Below are positions 38,273 through 52,026 of a stretch of DNA of 64,000 nucleotides, in pieces. Location: NCBI RefSeq assembly GCF_006345805.1, contig NC_043000.1:14074001-14138000 (forward strand), read 5' to 3'. The translations under genes were made by a program, and so were the position numbers. The stretch comes from Octopus sinensis. Lineage: Eukaryota. The first letter of the stretch is position 1, and the number at the start of each line of letters is the position of its first letter. The notes beneath the pieces were generated by a model. That model made no database searches. It had not been told where the DNA came from and was given only the letters and a program-made list of their open reading frames with translations.

Positions 38273-38488
38273 GGAGGGGGTGCTGAAAAGTTCCTGGCTT
38301 TGGGTATAAGAACGTACAAAGGGATCAGTTAATCATAATTTCATTAAACATATTCCCCTCTCAGATTCACACACTTATTACAATGGTCCTTTAGTTTTTG
38401 TAAGCCATGTAAAAGAACTCGGTATGTGGGCCTCCAACCAGGCCTTTCACAATACACTTAAAACTAGGGACTTTTCAGCACACCCTCA
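38273..38488. mobile_element. mariner-derived MITE
   Basis: GAGGGGGTGCTGAAAAGTTCC versus right-end reverse complement GAGGGTGTGCTGAAAAGTCCC; TA on the left flank. Confidence 0.75.
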
Positions 38489-40309
38489 TGAGTGTGCATG
38501 AGAGACTTACTGACTCTTTGCTTTGACATCACATGACAAATGTAAATGAGTGACACACACTTGCCAGGCAAGCAGTATCCTCCATTTCCAGTCTTCCATG
38601 GAAGCATGTCTGATCATGGAGAAATATTACCTTCCTTGTAAACGGGTATAAGTTGGTAACAGGAAGAGCATCCAGCCATAGAAAATCTGTTTCAACAAAA
38701 TTCCATCGGGCCCATGCTGGCATGGAAGAGCATATGTTAAACCTATAATGATGATGAACCATGACTTATTTGCATATTATTTGGAATGTCATCAACAGTT
38801 ACCCATCTGTTCGTCAGATCAGAGGTGTGTCATGGACTGGTTCAATGACATCAATTCAGGACATTTTGGGGTATATGGCTCTTATTTAACACATGTCATT
38901 TAAGAGACCATCTTTGAATTTTTCCATGCTGAGCTGAAATCATTTGTTCACTGCAAACAGATCACTGAATGTTGCTCTTCTTTGGAGCAAATGCAAAACA
39001 GCACAGCCACGGTTAATGTAACAATTACAACCTGATGTTTCAAGTTCAAACCTGCACTAAGGTAACTAGAACATGTCTACTGATGCATCTGCAACTAATT
39101 TTTCTGCTAATAGTGCAAATATTAAGTTCATTATGGTTAATTAATGACTTGCCCTTGAAACTGGCATTAGTCATTTTTTTTCTTCCTTCTCATCCTAGCT
39201 TTTTTTTTTTTTTTACATTAACACTTTGCCTGTCCAAAGCATTTTCATAAGTTTGTTCTGTCTGTCTGTTTGTCTTCAGACTTTTAGATAGCCCTTGTTT
39301 CATTCGTTCTGAGTAATGCAAAGCTTTCCTTTTATAAGTTTCAAGTTACTCAGGTGGTTAAAGAAATTGGAAATCTGTACCAAGTAGGATACATGGATGC
39401 AAGGGAAGTATGTCCTTGAGAGACAAAGAGCTAACTAAAGAAGTTGAATGTGCAAAATAAAGGGCGTGACTGCAACAAAAACAGCACAACGTGAAAAAAA
39501 GGGGCTTCACTGAAACAAATCTATTTTTTTTAAATTACCAGAATAAGCTTTGTTTATAAAGGAAGGTTCCTAAACATTGTAGGGAAACAGGACAAATATG
39601 GGTTCTTCAGGTTTCTGTAAAACTCTGAGGAATAGGAGCAACCCCAGCATGGCCACAGTCCAATGACTGAAACAAGTAAAAGATAAAAGAAAAAAAAAAT
39701 ATGCAAGAGAATGTAAATTTTAGATTTCCTTGATAAAAGTGAGGATGTCTACGAAATGTGTGTGCATAAATGCATATAAATGCACCATCGAGTGCAGATG
39801 CACTAACTGCAAACTGTCTAACAATGCAACAAAACAACACCAGGTTGATTTCTGCAAATTACTGAAAATTAGAGGATATAAATCTCCAGGCAACATCCGA
39901 GAAAATATTACATTGTGCTTGTGTCTGCACAAATACTCCACAGATATATAGGTGCATGCATGGACACACACACACACACACATGCATGCACGTCTGTCTG
40001 TACAGATACTGTGAATGCATGAAGACTTACAAAGGCTGCAGTGCATTACATCATAAATGCACAGTCATTCTGCACACACACACACACACACACACACAAA
40101 CCCACACACAGATAAGTATGCGCTTATACTGCATTATATATATATGTGCTGACACAGGCACATACATACATACATATATACACAGTTGCTTGCAGACAGA
40201 AATATGGTTGCACCATACATGCATATTACATATATGCAAATGTTACATTACATTATATACAGATTCATATACACACAAATGTGAATATACGTATACAGAG
40301 AAATACACA

Positions 40310-40458
<149 letters not shown>

Positions 40459-41011
40459 ACATGTGTTTACATTACATTTACATACTGAAATAAAACATAC
40501 ATGCCCACAAATGTCATCACACACACACACACACATGCACACATCTTTTGCATATGGCTATGTGTACACATATACACATGCAGGTGCATTAGAACATATA
40601 TAGAGCTCTGTAGAGACACATGTTAGTAAAAGAAAACAGAACAGCGGTAACTGAGACAACAAAGGTGCCTCTATGCAGTCATTCAACCTGCTAGAAATAG
40701 CAGCTGAGTCACCAAAATCATACCTTATCGTCTAAGAAAAAGGACATTTGGATAATAAGATTTTGGCCCCCGCCAAAAAAAAACTATGATCAAAGATAAG
40801 AATGCTTTTGATCATAGGTTCACTGGATCTTGGTTGACCTGGGGCTAATCAACTACATAACTGCAACATCAACAACAACATTTGTAGCAGCAAGTATTAC
40901 CACAACATCTACTAATACGGTAGTCAATAAACATGTCTAGCACAGGCACAAGGCCTGAATTTTGGAAGAGGGGGTTAGTCAATATCATTGACATCCCTAT
41001 ACTTGTCTGTT

Positions 41012-41227
41012 ACTCTCTCTTTACTCTTTTACTTGTTTCAGTCATGTGATTGTGGCCATGCTGGAGTACCACCTTTAGTCGAGCAAATCGACCCCAGGAG
41101 TTATTCTTTGGAAGCCTAGTACTTATTCTATCGGTCTCTTTTGCCAAACCGCTAAGTTATGGGGACGTAAACACACCACCATTGGTTGTCAAGCAGTGTT
41201 GGGGGACAGACAAACACAGGCACACAA

Positions 41228-41264
<37 letters not shown>

Positions 41265-41432
41265 TACATATATATGACGGGCTTCTTTCAGCTCCCGTCT
41301 ACCAAATCCACTCACAAGGCTTTGGTCGGCCCGAGGCTATAGTAGAAAACACTTGCCCAAGGTGCTACGCAGTGGGACTGAACCCAGAACCATGAGGTTC
41401 ATAAGCAAGCTACTTACCACATAGTCACGCCT
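41012..41432 (-). mobile_element. Family B SINE
   Basis: Colinear with the other B copies. Confidence 0.88.
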
Positions 41433-42510
41433 AGTTTACTTTATTTTTTATTGACCCAGGATGTAAAAAAGGCAAAGTTATATAATATATAATAATAAAC
41501 CTTTCTACAATGGGTACAAGGCCTGAAATTTTTTGGGGGAGGGGCTAGTTGATTACATTGGCCCCCAGTGCGTAACTGATATCTATTTTATCAACCCAGA
41601 AAAGATGAAAGGTAAAGTTGGACTCGATGAAATTTGAACTTGGAACATAAAGATAGACTAAATACAGCAAAGTATCTTGCCAGCTCGCCACCTTAATAAT
41701 AATAATTTCAAATTTGGGCACATGGCCAGCAATTCAGAGGAAGGAACTAAGTTGATTACATCGAACCCAGTGTTCAACTGGTCTACAAGGATTAAAGGTA
41801 AAGTCAGCCTCAGCGAAATTTGAACTCCAGTCATAAAGACAGGAAATGCCACCTTGTATAATAATAGTAATAACAATAATAATCCTTTCTACTATGAGAA
41901 CAAGACCTAAAATTTTGGGGCAGAGGGACAGTCAATTACATTAACCCCAGTGTTCTTATTTTATCAACCGTGAAATGATGGAAGGCAAAGCTAACCCCAG
42001 CAGCATTTGAACTCTGAACAAAGCCAGAAAAATTACACTAAGCATTTTGTCTGGTGTGCTAACATTTTACCACAATAATAATCATAATAATAATAAACTT
42101 AGGCACAATTTCGAGAAAAAATGTAATCGATTTGGTTTAACCCTGTCCTTGATGGCTACTTACTCTGTCAATTTCAGAAAGAGTGAAAGAGAAAGTTGAC
42201 TTCAGTGAGATTTGAACTTGTACTACAAAGTATTTTACCCATCTCTCTACCAACTGAACCAATGAACACTTTTTTTTTTTTTTTTTTTTTTTTGTAAAAC
42301 CCCTTATACCTTATCAACAGTATGCAAATATATCCCACTGTCATGTCAGAAGGTGCCCTTAAAAACACAAAGCTAATTACACATGGTCTGCATGGTCCCT
42401 CAGCCAACTAGAAGTAGCACCATATTTTTCTAGCCACACCCTATCACCCCCCCCCCCGGACATATTGATGGTTTCCAATCGAGATGCTGTGACACTATAA
42501 AGCTATAAAC

Positions 42511-43141
42511 CAGTGGTTCTCAACCTGGGTCCACAAAAATACTTAGGGGTCCATATAAGATTTTGTTGTTAAAATTTATGTGCAATAAATTGTTGATACT
42601 TCTGCAATGCATAAAATATTTCAATTTTTTTATACAATCCCTAATAATATAGGCGCAGGAGTGGCTGTGTGGTAAGTAGCTTGCTTACCAACTACATGGT
42701 TTTGGGTTCATTCCCACTGCATGGCACCTTGGACAAGTGTCTTCTACTATAGCCTCGGGCCAACCAAAGCCTTGTGAGTGGATTTATTAGACAGAAACTG
42801 AGAGAAGCCTGGTGTGTGTGTGTGTTTGCCCCCCCCCCACACACACATCGCTTGACAACCGATGCTGGTGTATTTATGTGCCTGTAACTTAGCGGTTCGG
42901 CAAAATAGACCAATAGAATAAGTACTAGGCTTCCAAAGAATAGGTCCTGGGGTCGATTTGCTCGACTAAAGGCAGTGCTCCAGCATGGCCGCAGTCAAAT
43001 AACAGAAACAAAAGAGTAAAAGAGTAATATCTGATTATAAAAACAATAGAATTTTTTTAAACATTGAATGGCTATAGGGGTTCAGATGAGTCAGATAAGA
43101 ATCAAAAGGGGTCCATAGGCAAAAAAACAACTGGGAAGCAC
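42511..43141. mobile_element. hAT/Charlie-like MITE interrupted by SINE B (42651-43025, +)
   Basis: CAGTGGTTCTCAACCTGGGTCC start and GGGGTCCAT motifs shared with 29284-29601. Confidence 0.7.
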
Positions 43142-43295
43142 TTCAATGAATGATAGTTTGAGGGAGTTGAGGGAGTTACAAGGTTTTAAACTTTAATAAT
43201 ACAACTGACAAAAAAATGTCATTAAGGGTGTCACATACCTGGACTATAAGGAAATGGGGTGACCACCGCCTAGGGAATGGTCAAGGGTGGAACAT

Positions 43296-43665
43296 GGAAG
43301 CACTCCGTCGTTACAACGATGAGGGTTCCGGTTGATCCGAATCAATGGAACAGCCTGCTCGTGAAATTAACGTGTAAGTGGCTGAGCACTCCACAGCCAC
43401 GTGTACCCATAACGTAGTTCTCGGGGATATTCAGCGTGACACAGAGAGTGACAAGGCGGGCCCCTTGAAATACAGGTACAACAGAAACAGGAAGTAAGAG
43501 TGAGAGAAAGTTGTGGTGAAAAAGTACAGCAGGGATCACCACCATCCCCTGCCGGAGCCTCGTGGAGCTTTTAGGTGTTTTCGCTCAATAAACACTCACA
43601 ACGCCCGGTCTGGGAATCGAAACCGCGATCCCGCTGCCCTAACCACTGGGCCATTGTGCCTCCAC
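43296..43665 (-). mobile_element. SINE C (head C plus tail 1)
   Basis: Reverse complement of 12438-12816 with a small head deletion. Confidence 0.9.
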
Positions 43666-43756
43666 AAGGGTGGAACAGGTTTGACTATAAATCTTGTTTG
43701 TTTAGGGTGCACCTTAGGGCTAAGCAACAGATACAACCAATATAACTGACACCAAT

Positions 43757-44760
43757 TCAACTACTACTACTACTACTATTACTACTGCTGCTGCTGCTAT
43801 GACTTCTCTCACAATTACCATCACTATCATGTGTAGCATCACCATTACCATAACTACCAATAATGGCTCCATCAGTCACATTATCTACCACCACCATGCC
43901 TGCCATGCCCACCACAACCATCACCTCACTAAATCTTAAAGAAAATAACAAAAACAATAGGGGCAGGTGAGGGGGGCAGTAAACCAAAACTAACCCCACC
44001 ACCACTACCATAAGTGAAGCAGCAGCAGCAGCACTAACAGCAACTGCCTGCAGCAAGATGATATTAGCTGCTGCTTAAATCAATAGACTAAGGCCATTCA
44101 CAGACTCAGCCATGATGCCAAGCAGCTAGAAATAAAACGGTCTGGGATCAGTTCAACAGTTAAATGGATACCATCATAGTTACCACCACCACCACCACCA
44201 CCACCACTGACACTGACACCACCACCATACCATTACCAAAATTAGCACCACCACTACCACTGTTATTAACATTACGACCACACTCTCACCCCTACTACTA
44301 TTATCATCCAATCAGTATAACTTCACTCCGTCCCCATATCCAGACAACTGCCACCACCACTCTCCAAGGACACTATTCCTTCCACAAGCATCATCATCAT
44401 CATCGTCATCACTGTCATCTAGAAGAAATAGCAGCACCATGACCAATTTACTATTACTACTACAACCACTACTACCACCAAATCACCTGGCAGCAAATCT
44501 TACTGTACACAATACTACTACTACTACTACTACTGCAATCACCCCCCCCCCACTACCACCACCTTCACCAGGCAATACAAACTGCTGTATATGACTGCCA
44601 TTTCCTCCACCACCAAAGGCCTACTCTATACCATACAACAACCATCATAACTACTACTACTACAACCACCACCACCACAACTATCTAACCAACCAGCCAA
44701 CCAACAGATGCTGCTCTGCTCTTACACCACCACCACCACCTGAGACAACCACTAGGTCCT
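43757..44760. repeat. ACC/ACT/CAG triplet-mosaic low-complexity tract
   Basis: Direct reading. Confidence 0.8.
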
Positions 44761-45278
44761 TCTGTACACAAAAACAAAACAGCTCTGAAATGGAGGTCAA
44801 CAGAACAGTTAGCAGATTAGATTAGTAAAAGATAATCTAGGATAAAAGATTATCCACCTCACAGGCCAATAAGGGTATTTATGTTTACTCTTGGAACTTC
44901 AAAGGGCAACTAATTAAGAGAAGTTCATGAGTATCTGCTACTCCCCCTTTCCCAAAAAGGAGTTGTGAGCTCAGGAGCTTACAATGGAGCAAGGAAGAGT
45001 ATCTAACATTTGAAAGAGCGACAGACAAACTTTTAGGAGATTTGACTGGATGGGATCTTGAATATTGTGTGGCATATTGTATATCTATATTATACAGAGG
45101 GAGAAAGGTCATGTGATTAGATACTTAACTGCTCATGGTTAGTGTGTTCAAATCTGATTCACATTTCATTATTTTGTATCATCTCAGTTCATATCTAGCA
45201 CAGTATTTCTCAAGCAATCTTTATCTGTGGACCCCTTTGATTCCTGTTTTACTCAGATGCACCCTCATAACCACTTAA

Positions 45279-45549
45279 TCATCATTTAACGTCCGCTTTC
45301 CATGCTAGCATGGGTTGGACGATTTTGACTGAGGGCTGGCAAACCAGATGGCTGCACCAGGCTCCAATCTTGATCTGGCAGAGTTTCTACAGCTGGATGC
45401 CCTTCCTAATGCCAACCACTCCGAGAGTGTAGTGGGTGCTTTTTACGTGCCACCGGCATGGGCGCCAGTCAGGCAGTACTGGCAACGACCGCACTCGAAT
45501 CTTTTTTACACGTGCCAGTGAAGCGACGTTGGTAACAATCACGCTCGAA
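45279..45549 (-). mobile_element. Family E retroelement 3' end inside a hAT-like MITE (~45201-45716)
   Basis: Reverse complement of the 10145-10565 3' part. Confidence 0.85.
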
Positions 45550-45716
45550 ATGTTTAAAAATTCCTATAAATGCTTTTATGATTAAAATATTAGGAATTGT
45601 ATAAAAAATTTTAATGTTTTGTGTATTGTAGATGTACAACTAATTTGTTGTACATGAATTTTAACAAAATCTTACCTGGTCATCCAAGGATCATATGGAC
45701 TCCAGTTGAGAATTAA

Positions 45717-45972
45717 TCTAGCTACTGGAACTTGTTCCAAGATGATATTCCCTTATCATCCCTCATTATTTCCTGCAGACATCATCATCATCGTTTAACA
45801 TCCGTTTTCTATGCTAGCATGGGTTGGACAATTAGACTGAGGACTGGCAAATTGTCCAACCCATGCTAGCATGGAAAACAGATGTTAAACGATGATGATG
45901 ATGATGATGTCTGCAGGAAATAATGAGGGATGATAAGGGAATATCAACTTGGAACAAGCTCTAATAGCTAGA
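45717..45972. repeat. Long near-perfect inverted repeat (~117/123-bp arms, 16-nt loop)
   Basis: 45717-45833 pairs with 45850-45972; loop AGACTGAGGACTGGCA. Confidence 0.95.
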
Positions 45973-46187
45973 ACCTTACTAATCTGGGGAGAGAAGGCTA
46001 TTATTAAAAAAATAAAATAAAATAAAAAAATAAAAAGGCATGAGTACTGTCCCTCATTTTCTGATTAATTGATAAAAATCTGAAGTGGCCGACCAAAACA
46101 ACTCTTTTACAGAGCTAGGAAATATTTCAGCTTCAAACCATTACTGACTGTGCTCCCATATCTAGTATGATAATACTAGCGGACGTT

Positions 46188-46382
46188 GGCATCTTCATCT
46201 CGTCTGGCAGCTTGTTCCACGGATCTGCAACCCGGACGGAGAAAGCTCCTCTCCTTCGATTGAGATGAAATCGTCGAAAAGCTCTACCTGCGACGATTTC
46301 ATCTCAATCGAAGGAGAGGAGCTTTCTCCGTCTGGGTTGCGGATCCGTGGAACAAGCTGCCAGACGAGATGGTGAAGATGCC
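46188..46382. repeat. Long inverted repeat (89/92-bp arms, 14-nt loop) at the 5' end of a CR1 fragment
   Basis: 46188-46276 pairs with 46291-46382 (two substitutions, one 3-nt indel). Confidence 0.95.
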
Positions 46383-46521
46383 GACGACCGCTTTGTTCAA
46401 AGTCTCCCTTGACCTCAAGTGGCCTGAACTCTTTACATGAACACCACCCTGTACTTAACTCCATGTCCCCCTACATGGCCTTGCTATTTGCTTTTGAGCC
46501 AAAATTAACTAACTAACTAAC
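46274..46521 (+). mobile_element. CR1-clade LINE 3' fragment with (AACT)n tail
   Basis: EKLYLRRFHLNRRRGAFSVWVADPWNKLPDEMVKMPTTALFKVSLDLKWPELFT*, then 3' UTR and AACTAACTAACT. Confidence 0.88.
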
Positions 46522-46789
46522 TTGCTTGCTTGCACCCCACCTCTCTCTCCATCCCTCACTCACAAGACCACATAGACAAAGGATGCACAGCCAATCACCT
46601 AAGATTCACTCATCAAGACACCATAAACCTTTAAGTGACAGAAATACTCTGTTCCCTTTCTGCTCCTCTAAACTATCATCAGCGTTAACTCATATCTGAG
46701 TAAGAGATCTGTAGCCTGTGACTGAGCCTCTTCATCTTGATGGATGTGAAGGGTGCTGGTGTCAGAGGTGGCTGTTCAGGCCAAGGGCA

Positions 46790-47132
46790 GTATAGAAGAG
46801 CCAGGGTAGAGTTGATGAAATTTGAACTCAGAACATAAAGACAGACGAAATACCACTAAGTATTTTGCCTAGCATGCTAACAACTTTACCAGCTCACTGT
46901 CTTTATGAATATCAAAAGTATTCTTTTCTACTCCAAGCACAAGGACTGAAATTTTTGGGGAGGTGGGGGGGGGCAGTCAATTAGGTCGACCCCAGTACGC
47001 AATTTATCGACTCTGAAAGGATGAAAGGCAAAGTTGACCTTGACGGAATTTGAGCTCAGAACGTAAAGACAGACAAAATACTGCTAAGCATTTTGCCCAG
47101 CATGCTAACGTTTCTGCCAACTCACCGCCTTG
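46790..47132 (-). mobile_element. Two adjacent family A-related SINE copies
   Basis: Repeated GAAATTTGAACTCAGAAC...AAGACAGAC...CTAACGTTTCTGCCAACTCACCGCC. Confidence 0.75.
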
Positions 47133-49015
47133 AGTATCAAAAATATTAAAATATTACTTTTTAACATAGGTACAAAGCTACACAGTTTAGGTAAGAATAC
47201 AGCTGATTATATCAACCTCTAGATGTAGGTCATTTGAACTATTAAAAAAAACAAAAAAACAAAAAAAAAAAACAAGCACAAAACATTCCCTCCCCCGTAA
47301 CTACATGACTGATATCTATCAACCTTGGAAGGATGAAAGGCAAAGTTACCATGGGGTTTAAATTTAGAAAAAGTAATGGGACATCAATGAATACAGCAAG
47401 AGATATGCACTTCCACTCTACCAACAACTCTCTTCTTGTAATATTAAACTATTAAGAATATTGTACTGAAATGATACTGATAAATGAACATTTGGTGTAG
47501 TTTGACCAACATGCTGTTGTTTGTTTGTTACGACGACTTCTAACTAGAATCAAATACTTAGTCCAGGACGAATAAAAGACTTTCAGCTAAAGCTTGAAAT
47601 GTTCAAATGTAACTTACAAGGTCCTTTGCCTACATGACAAGTGCAAACATCATGCTAGGGGTATTTTTAAGTGTTTTGAAAGAAATAAAGGACAACTGAC
47701 TTATTATTTTTTTTTTTTGTAATACTTTATAATAAACTAGAGATGTTACATTACCAATAACAACAAAATAAGTAAATAAAAAAAAAACTAAGTAGATCAC
47801 GTAATAATTGCGAGAAGTGTTAGAGAATCATTTTGATTTCAATACACAAAACCAACACACACACACACCATGGTTACAAATAATTAAGACCCTTGCATAA
47901 TAGAGTAGTATAATGTGGTGTATGGCCCATGAGGGTGCAGTCAGTGGTTATTACCCTTCTCACATTTCTAATGTGTGCATACCTCATGTGTGTCTGTATA
48001 TATCGTATGTAAGTGTGTATATGACACACACATACACATTCACAGAAATCACACACAAACACTGAACAAAAAAAAATAAATAAACAGCATGTAAAATTCT
48101 GTGATTGTAAATAAATCTAATTAGAACTATCATATTCCTCTTGATGATAATGAAGCTATAATTGATGATGATGGTGATGATGATGATACAGAGGGTGATG
48201 GGAGTGATAATGATGACATTGCTGGTTTCTGTTTCATATTTACATAAGACAGTAATTTTCCACAAATATGTTTTGTTTTGTTTTGTTTTGTTCGCTTTTA
48301 TTTTATTTCATCATTATAATTTTTGTTTTGTTTTTGGTTTGGTAATCAGCCTGAACCATCCTTCCAAAAAGGTCAAAGGTCACCAGAAGTTAATGCCCTA
48401 TCAGGCTATTCACTTGTTTACTAACCTCATGCTGGAAACAAAGCTTTTGGTCAAAACAAAATTATGTAAACAATTGGTGTGGAATTTAGCAACATTTTGA
48501 TCTTAATATCATCACACAAGTTAGTCAACTCACACCTCCATATGCATTCGTTGTACTGCTTTTACTATCTTCCAAATGTCAGACAAATCTACCTTCACAA
48601 GGCATATCTAATCCCTAAACCAACTTCTTACAAGATGGGTTAAAAAGAAGAGTCTTTACATAATCCCTTAACCTGCTAGAGATAGCAGCAAAATCTCAGA
48701 AATCACACCCTGCTGTCTTGACTCTTTAATATTTAAACTGGCCATATCCAACTCAATACTCCGTTTTATGTTCAAAATAACCAGATGCAATGTCTCACAC
48801 CTATCCTACAATGTCATTCTAAAAATAAGCAATCAAATCATTAAATTCCTGAATCTACAAGTTAATACAAGATTAATTTAACCCTTTCGTTACCAACCCG
48901 GCTGAAACCAGATCTGGCTCTGAGTACAAATGTCTTGTAGTGAGAGAGTAAATCTTGATTGAAGTTATACAGGGTGAGCTTAAATGCTTTTTCTCTCATT
49001 TACACAGAGTTTTTA

Positions 49016-49376
49016 AGGTGCAGGAGTGGCTGTGTGGTAAATAGCTTGCTTACCAACCACATGGTTCCAGGTTCAGTCCCACTGCATGGCACTTTGGGCA
49101 AGTGTCTTCTACTATAGCCTTGGGCCAACCAAAGCCTTGTGAGTGGATTTGGTAGGCGGAAACTGAAAGAAGCCCATCGTATGTGTGTTTGTGTGTCCAG
49201 CATCACTTGACAACCAATGGTGGTGTGTTTACGTCCCCGTAACTTAGTAGTTCAGCAAAAGAAACCAATAGAATAAGTTCTAGGCTGCCAAAGAATAAGT
49301 CCTGGGGTCGATTTGCTCAACTAAAGGCAGTGCTCCAGCATGGCTGCAGTCAAATGACTGAAACAAGTAAAAGAGA
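49016..49376 (+). mobile_element. Family B SINE with heavy CpG decay
   Basis: Colinear with B; many CG-to-TG/CA changes relative to 3661-4067. Confidence 0.9.
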
Positions 49377-50779
49377 AAGACAAAAAAAGGAAAAAAAACT
49401 ATGATCATACAAGAATGAAAGTCCACTGATATTATATTAGTTTAGACTAACTAATGATACTATTTAGTAGTAAGATTACTTTCTGTTGTTAAATTCACAT
49501 CTCTCTCTCTCTCTTAATACTGCTTGAAGATTTGTGTAGAGCAGTAAGCTGTAGGTCAAATGTTCATGGTAGAATTACATCAGATACACTTACCTCTTAA
49601 AGAAAAACAACTTTAGGCAGTAGTAGCAACAGCAGTTACACATATGATTACAAAACAATCTGTTCTAATGTCTCAAGAAATAGCAGTGAAATCATCATCG
49701 TTTAACGTCCGCTTTCCATGCTAGCATGGGTTGGATGATTTTGACTGAGGGCTGGCAAACCAGACGGCCCTAATATCCTCAAGTTGCAACATATTCTTAA
49801 GAAAAGAAAAGGTAAAGACACCACTAGATAATGAAAGCCTAGATTTACTATGTCTTGTGAAAAAAAAAAAGGGATGGTCATGGCTGAAATGTCTTTGATC
49901 ATAGGTCAGCTTGATCAGGTCTGATCCAGGTCTGAACAAACAAAATTGCAACATCAGCATCTAACTTGTCTACAACTATAATGTAAATACTTCTTAAACA
50001 CCAAAGAGCTTTTAATGGCCAGTGTTACGATCCAGTTTCATAGCATTACATTGATGAAAAGAGAAATGTATGCCTGTCAATTGCAGCCTGAAGACACGTG
50101 GCCTAGTGGGTAGGGTGTTGCAACCATAACTACAAGATAGTGGTTTCAATTTCAAGTCCAGTCAATTTACTGTGTTCTTGGGCAAAACACTTCATTTCCT
50201 GTTGTCCAGTCTTGGTCACATACAAGTAACTGGTCCTGTGAGTCCTTGGGCTCAAGACAATATTAGCTTTTTTTTTATTTTTTTTTTTTATTATTATTAC
50301 AGGCAACATACCCAAATGATCTGGTTCATATTTCCAACAGAAAAGTGAACTGAGGCAATGTAGAAAAGAGTGTTCTGTCCAGAAGCATGTGATGTTTGCA
50401 TTGGATTTGAAGTTACAACTTGTAGGCTGACAGATGTTCCTCTGTCATTCTGTATCTACAATCATCAGCAGTTAGTAAAAATCTGTAGAAAGGTTCACAG
50501 AATGTTTACATTATGTCACTGATTCTCTATTATGACCCCACCCGTACCCTAACATCCTCATCCTTGAACTTTGTTTCCTTTCCTGTACACTGTACAGTCA
50601 CACAACATCACAAACATTCTACGCAGCCACTACAACACACCATCACAAACACACACATTCTGTACAATCATTGCTGTATGGTATCACACACATTCAAAGC
50701 AGTCACGGCTACACAACATCACACACACTTTAAGTAGTCATTGCTATACAACATACATCTGACATACATATTGTGTAAT

Positions 50780-51168
50780 GGATGGAATGAAGCACTCCGT
50801 CAGTTACGACGACGAGGGTTCCGGTTGATCCGAATCAACGGAACAGCCTGCTCGTGAAATTAACGTGTAAGTGGCTGAGCACTCCACAGACACGTGTACC
50901 CTTAACGTAGTTCTCATGGATATTCAGCGTGACACAGAGAGTGACAAGGCCGGCCCTTTGAAATACAAGTACAACAGAAACAGGAAGTAAGAGTGAGAGA
51001 AAGTTGTGGTGAAAGAGTACAGCAGGGATCACCACCATCCCCTGCCGGAGCATCATGGAGCTTTAGGTGTTTCCGCTCAATAAACACTCACAACGCCCGG
51101 TCTGGGAATCGAAACCGCGATCCTATGACCGCGAGTCCGCTGCCCTAACCACTGGGCCATTGCGCCTC
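50780..51168 (-). mobile_element. SINE C with 13-bp TSD
   Basis: CATATTGTGTAAT at 50767-50779 and 51169-51181. Confidence 0.92.
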
Positions 51169-51627
51169 CATATTGTGTAATATTGTTACACACACACACA
51201 CACACACACACACTGTACAATCATTATCATTCAGTTTCTTTCTTCCAAATACTATGTAACAGGAATCTTAAATTGCTAAAGTGGACCACCATGTGTATGA
51301 GGGGGGGAGGGTCAGCCACAGGTTACCTTCATTGAACAGAACCATTTTTACAGGCAGTGTACCTCAAGACTTCACTATCCAAAGTGTCCAACAGAGTGTA
51401 ACTCGAGGGGGATTCGGTGTCTATTTTTAGCAGATTGAGTAGCCAAATAAAAAGACTTGTTGGCTCAAGTGTGTATATGAGCTTTACTGTGCATTTGTGT
51501 TGTTCATGCATTAGCAACATTTGTGACTGCACAGCTCATGTGTAAAATTCATTGAGAGATTGATAAATTGGAACTTGGCCATAAACAGCAGGAAGGCACT
51601 TCTTTAGCTGGAGATGGTATAAAGATA

Positions 51628-52026
51628 TCTATATATATAAAAGTGAAGTTGTGTGAGTGTCTGTCTCCTACGATTTAGATTCCTAACTACTCCCACATTT
51701 TGCTGTGCAGTTTAACCAAAACCGGGTACCTTATAGTCGTGATTCATATCGAGCCCTTCTGGGTATTAGTGTGCGTCTACGATGAGACTACGATTTAAAA
51801 AAAATTTACCATAATTTTTTTCCATTTTAATGCATTTTTTTCGCTATTATATAAGGGAAGTAACTCTAAAAATGTTTACGATGAGTCAACGATTTAAAAA
51901 AAATTTACCATAATTTTTTTTCCAATTTTAATGCATTTTTTTGCTATTTTTTGGCTATAACTCTCTAAAAATGCTTATATAGTTATTTCCCTTACAAACC
52001 CGAGCAATGCTGGGCGATACTGCTAG
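51628..52026 (+). mobile_element. Non-autonomous Helitron-like element
   Basis: A|TCTATATATATAAAA start; 3' CCCGAGCAATGCTGGG hairpin then CTAG|T; no TSD; internal ~70-bp tandem duplication. Confidence 0.82.
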
